In this document: piece after piece, positions 56,281-57,369 of the stretch
Layout of the letters: each line of letters opens with the position of its first letter
How positions within the stretch are numbered: position 1 is the first letter of the stretch
Source: a virus
Taxonomy: Duplodnaviria; Caudoviricetes
Length of the DNA stretch: 57,369 bases
Virus record (IMG/VR): IMGVR_UViG_3300010354_000105
Coordinates: 1 to 57,369 of that record
Direction: 5' to 3' (one strand)
Position numbers and translations under genes: made by a program
Notes under the pieces: model-generated
The model's input: the letters and a program-made list of their open reading frames with translations, nothing else
Database searches by the model: none
What the model was told of the DNA's origin: nothing

Positions 56281-57369
56281 TTAGAACGCCCAATTAGTTG
56301 AACCCACCTGTACCCAATTGTTACTTATGAACACAGATAATATGCCATCATCTGAGTCCAACCACATGTCCCCAGTTTTTTGTCCTGTTGGCACTGTGTT
56401 GGCCACAATAATAGGATTATCTACTGTGCTAAATGTAATACTTTGATAAGGGCTAGCATTGGCATTACTGGTAATAACTATACCATTACCACTGTTAATG
56501 GTAATATGATCTAGCCCAGTGGCTACAAGTTGATCGCTGCCAGTCACTTCCCAGTACTTGAATGTACTGTTCATGGCAATTAGTACGTTGCCTGCTCCTC
56601 TATCCTGTACATCAAAACCGCTGTCGTCGTCGAACTCAATGGTATTAATGTTTGATACTGTGACTTTGGGTTCACCGTTACCAGAATATAAACTTTTAAC
56701 AGTGATGGTGGTAACACCAGTAGCACCTATGGGCCCTTGTACACCAGTGGCTCCAGTGGCTCCGATGCCAGTGGCTCCAGTACTACCAATTGGCCCAGTG
56801 CTGCCAGTTGCGCCCACATTTCCTTGTATGCCAGTGGCACCAGTAGCACCAAATCCAGTGGCTCCAGTAGCACCAGTGGCCCCAGGAACACCCGTGGCGC
56901 CAGTGGCCCCTAACTCCGATGCTGGCCCAAAACTAATGTTGTATAAGCCGGAATTGAGTTCGTAAAAAGAAGAATCAAAGTATAAAGCCGCACCAATTGC
57001 TCTAGCAGTTGTCTTTAATAAGGTTGAATTTTGATAATAGAGTACCGAAACTCCATTGTAAAGAACATAAAATTGATCATTGGTGGTATAACTTCCACCT
57101 GTAAATACCGGAACACCACTTTCATAAATGTTTACTGTGCCCGCGTTAAAATAAATTGCATAATCAATGCCTGTAAACCCAGCGTCAGCGGTTGGATCTG
57201 CATTCAGGCCAAACATTACCCTGGTGTTAGTGGCTGTTGGGCTAGCAGTGGCAAAAGCACCTCTTGCAAATCCTTGTGCTGAATAAATTTGCCCATCCCA
57301 GACATTGGTATTTCCGGTGGTTTTGGTATAAAGATAGTTATTAAGAGTAACTACGCCGCCGGTGGTAAT
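56281..57369 (-). CDS. Collagen-like fibre protein with a lectin-like beta domain; 5' end lies outside the window
   Basis: The frame stays open from 57216 to the window end (...[21 protein letters not shown]...[10 protein letters not shown]). It also has GAT repeats and a C-terminal [12 protein letters not shown]....W knob. Confidence 0.8.
   Translation of the reverse strand: MTTGGVVTLNNYLYTKTTGNTNVWDGQIYSAQGFARGAFATASPTATNTRVMFGLNADPTADAGFTGIDYAIYFNAGTVNIYESGVPVFTGGSYTTNDQFYVLYNGVSVLYYQNSTLLKTTARAIGAALYFDSSFYELNSGLYNISFGPASELGATGATGVPGATGATGATGFGATGATGIQGNVGATGSTGPIGSTGATGIGATGATGVQGPIGATGVTTITVKSLYSGNGEPKVTVSNINTIEFDDDSGFDVQDRGAGNVLIAMNSTFKYWEVTGSDQLVATGLDHITINSGNGIVITSNANASPYQSITFSTVDNPIIVANTVPTGQKTGDMWLDSDDGILSVFISNNWVQVGSTNWAF

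Noticed and set aside
14399-57282. Many short opposite-strand or alternate-frame ORFs rich in Pro/Ala/Val/His
   Set aside because: They are shadows of Gly/Thr-rich coding sequence (GGN codons read as NCC on the other strand) and show no independent RBS or promoter support.
1-57369. Genome-wide stop-codon reassignment, as in some large phages
   Set aside because: Recognisable genes are full length under the standard code and end in TAA, TAG (dNMP kinase, Nudix) or TGA; coding density is already near complete.
1-57369. tRNA, rRNA or other structured RNA genes
   Set aside because: Intergenic gaps are short and mostly explained by terminators and promoter boxes; I saw no cloverleaf or T-loop motif in them.

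Overview
This window is the virion-morphogenesis region of a large T4-related myophage. Nearly all genes are on the minus strand. The left ~14 kb encodes recognisable T4-type core proteins: gp4-like head-completion nuclease (truncated at the window edge), a gp54/gp48-like tube-fold protein, tail tube, an enlarged 1140-aa tail sheath, dNMP kinase, neck proteins gp13 and gp14, tail terminator gp15 and a Nudix hydrolase. The remaining ~43 kb is an array of fibre, adhesin and accessory virion proteins. These are built from collagen-like GAT repeats, Ig-like domains, LamG/lectin domains, an S8 protease and about 15 glycine-rich modules resembling polyglycine-II domains. Regulatory signals are clear: recurrent (A/G/C)TAAATA late-promoter boxes, two near-consensus sigma70 promoters that appear leaderless, and several intrinsic terminators. 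The most striking observation is nested 'matryoshka' domain insertion. At its extreme, one LamG domain and the repeat enclosing it appear split between two genes (39565-42918 and 26634-31646), with a whole 7.9-kb gene (31648-39564) wedged between the halves and abutting both. No tRNA, CRISPR array, reverse transcriptase or transposase was seen. All domain calls were made by eye from motifs; no searches were run.
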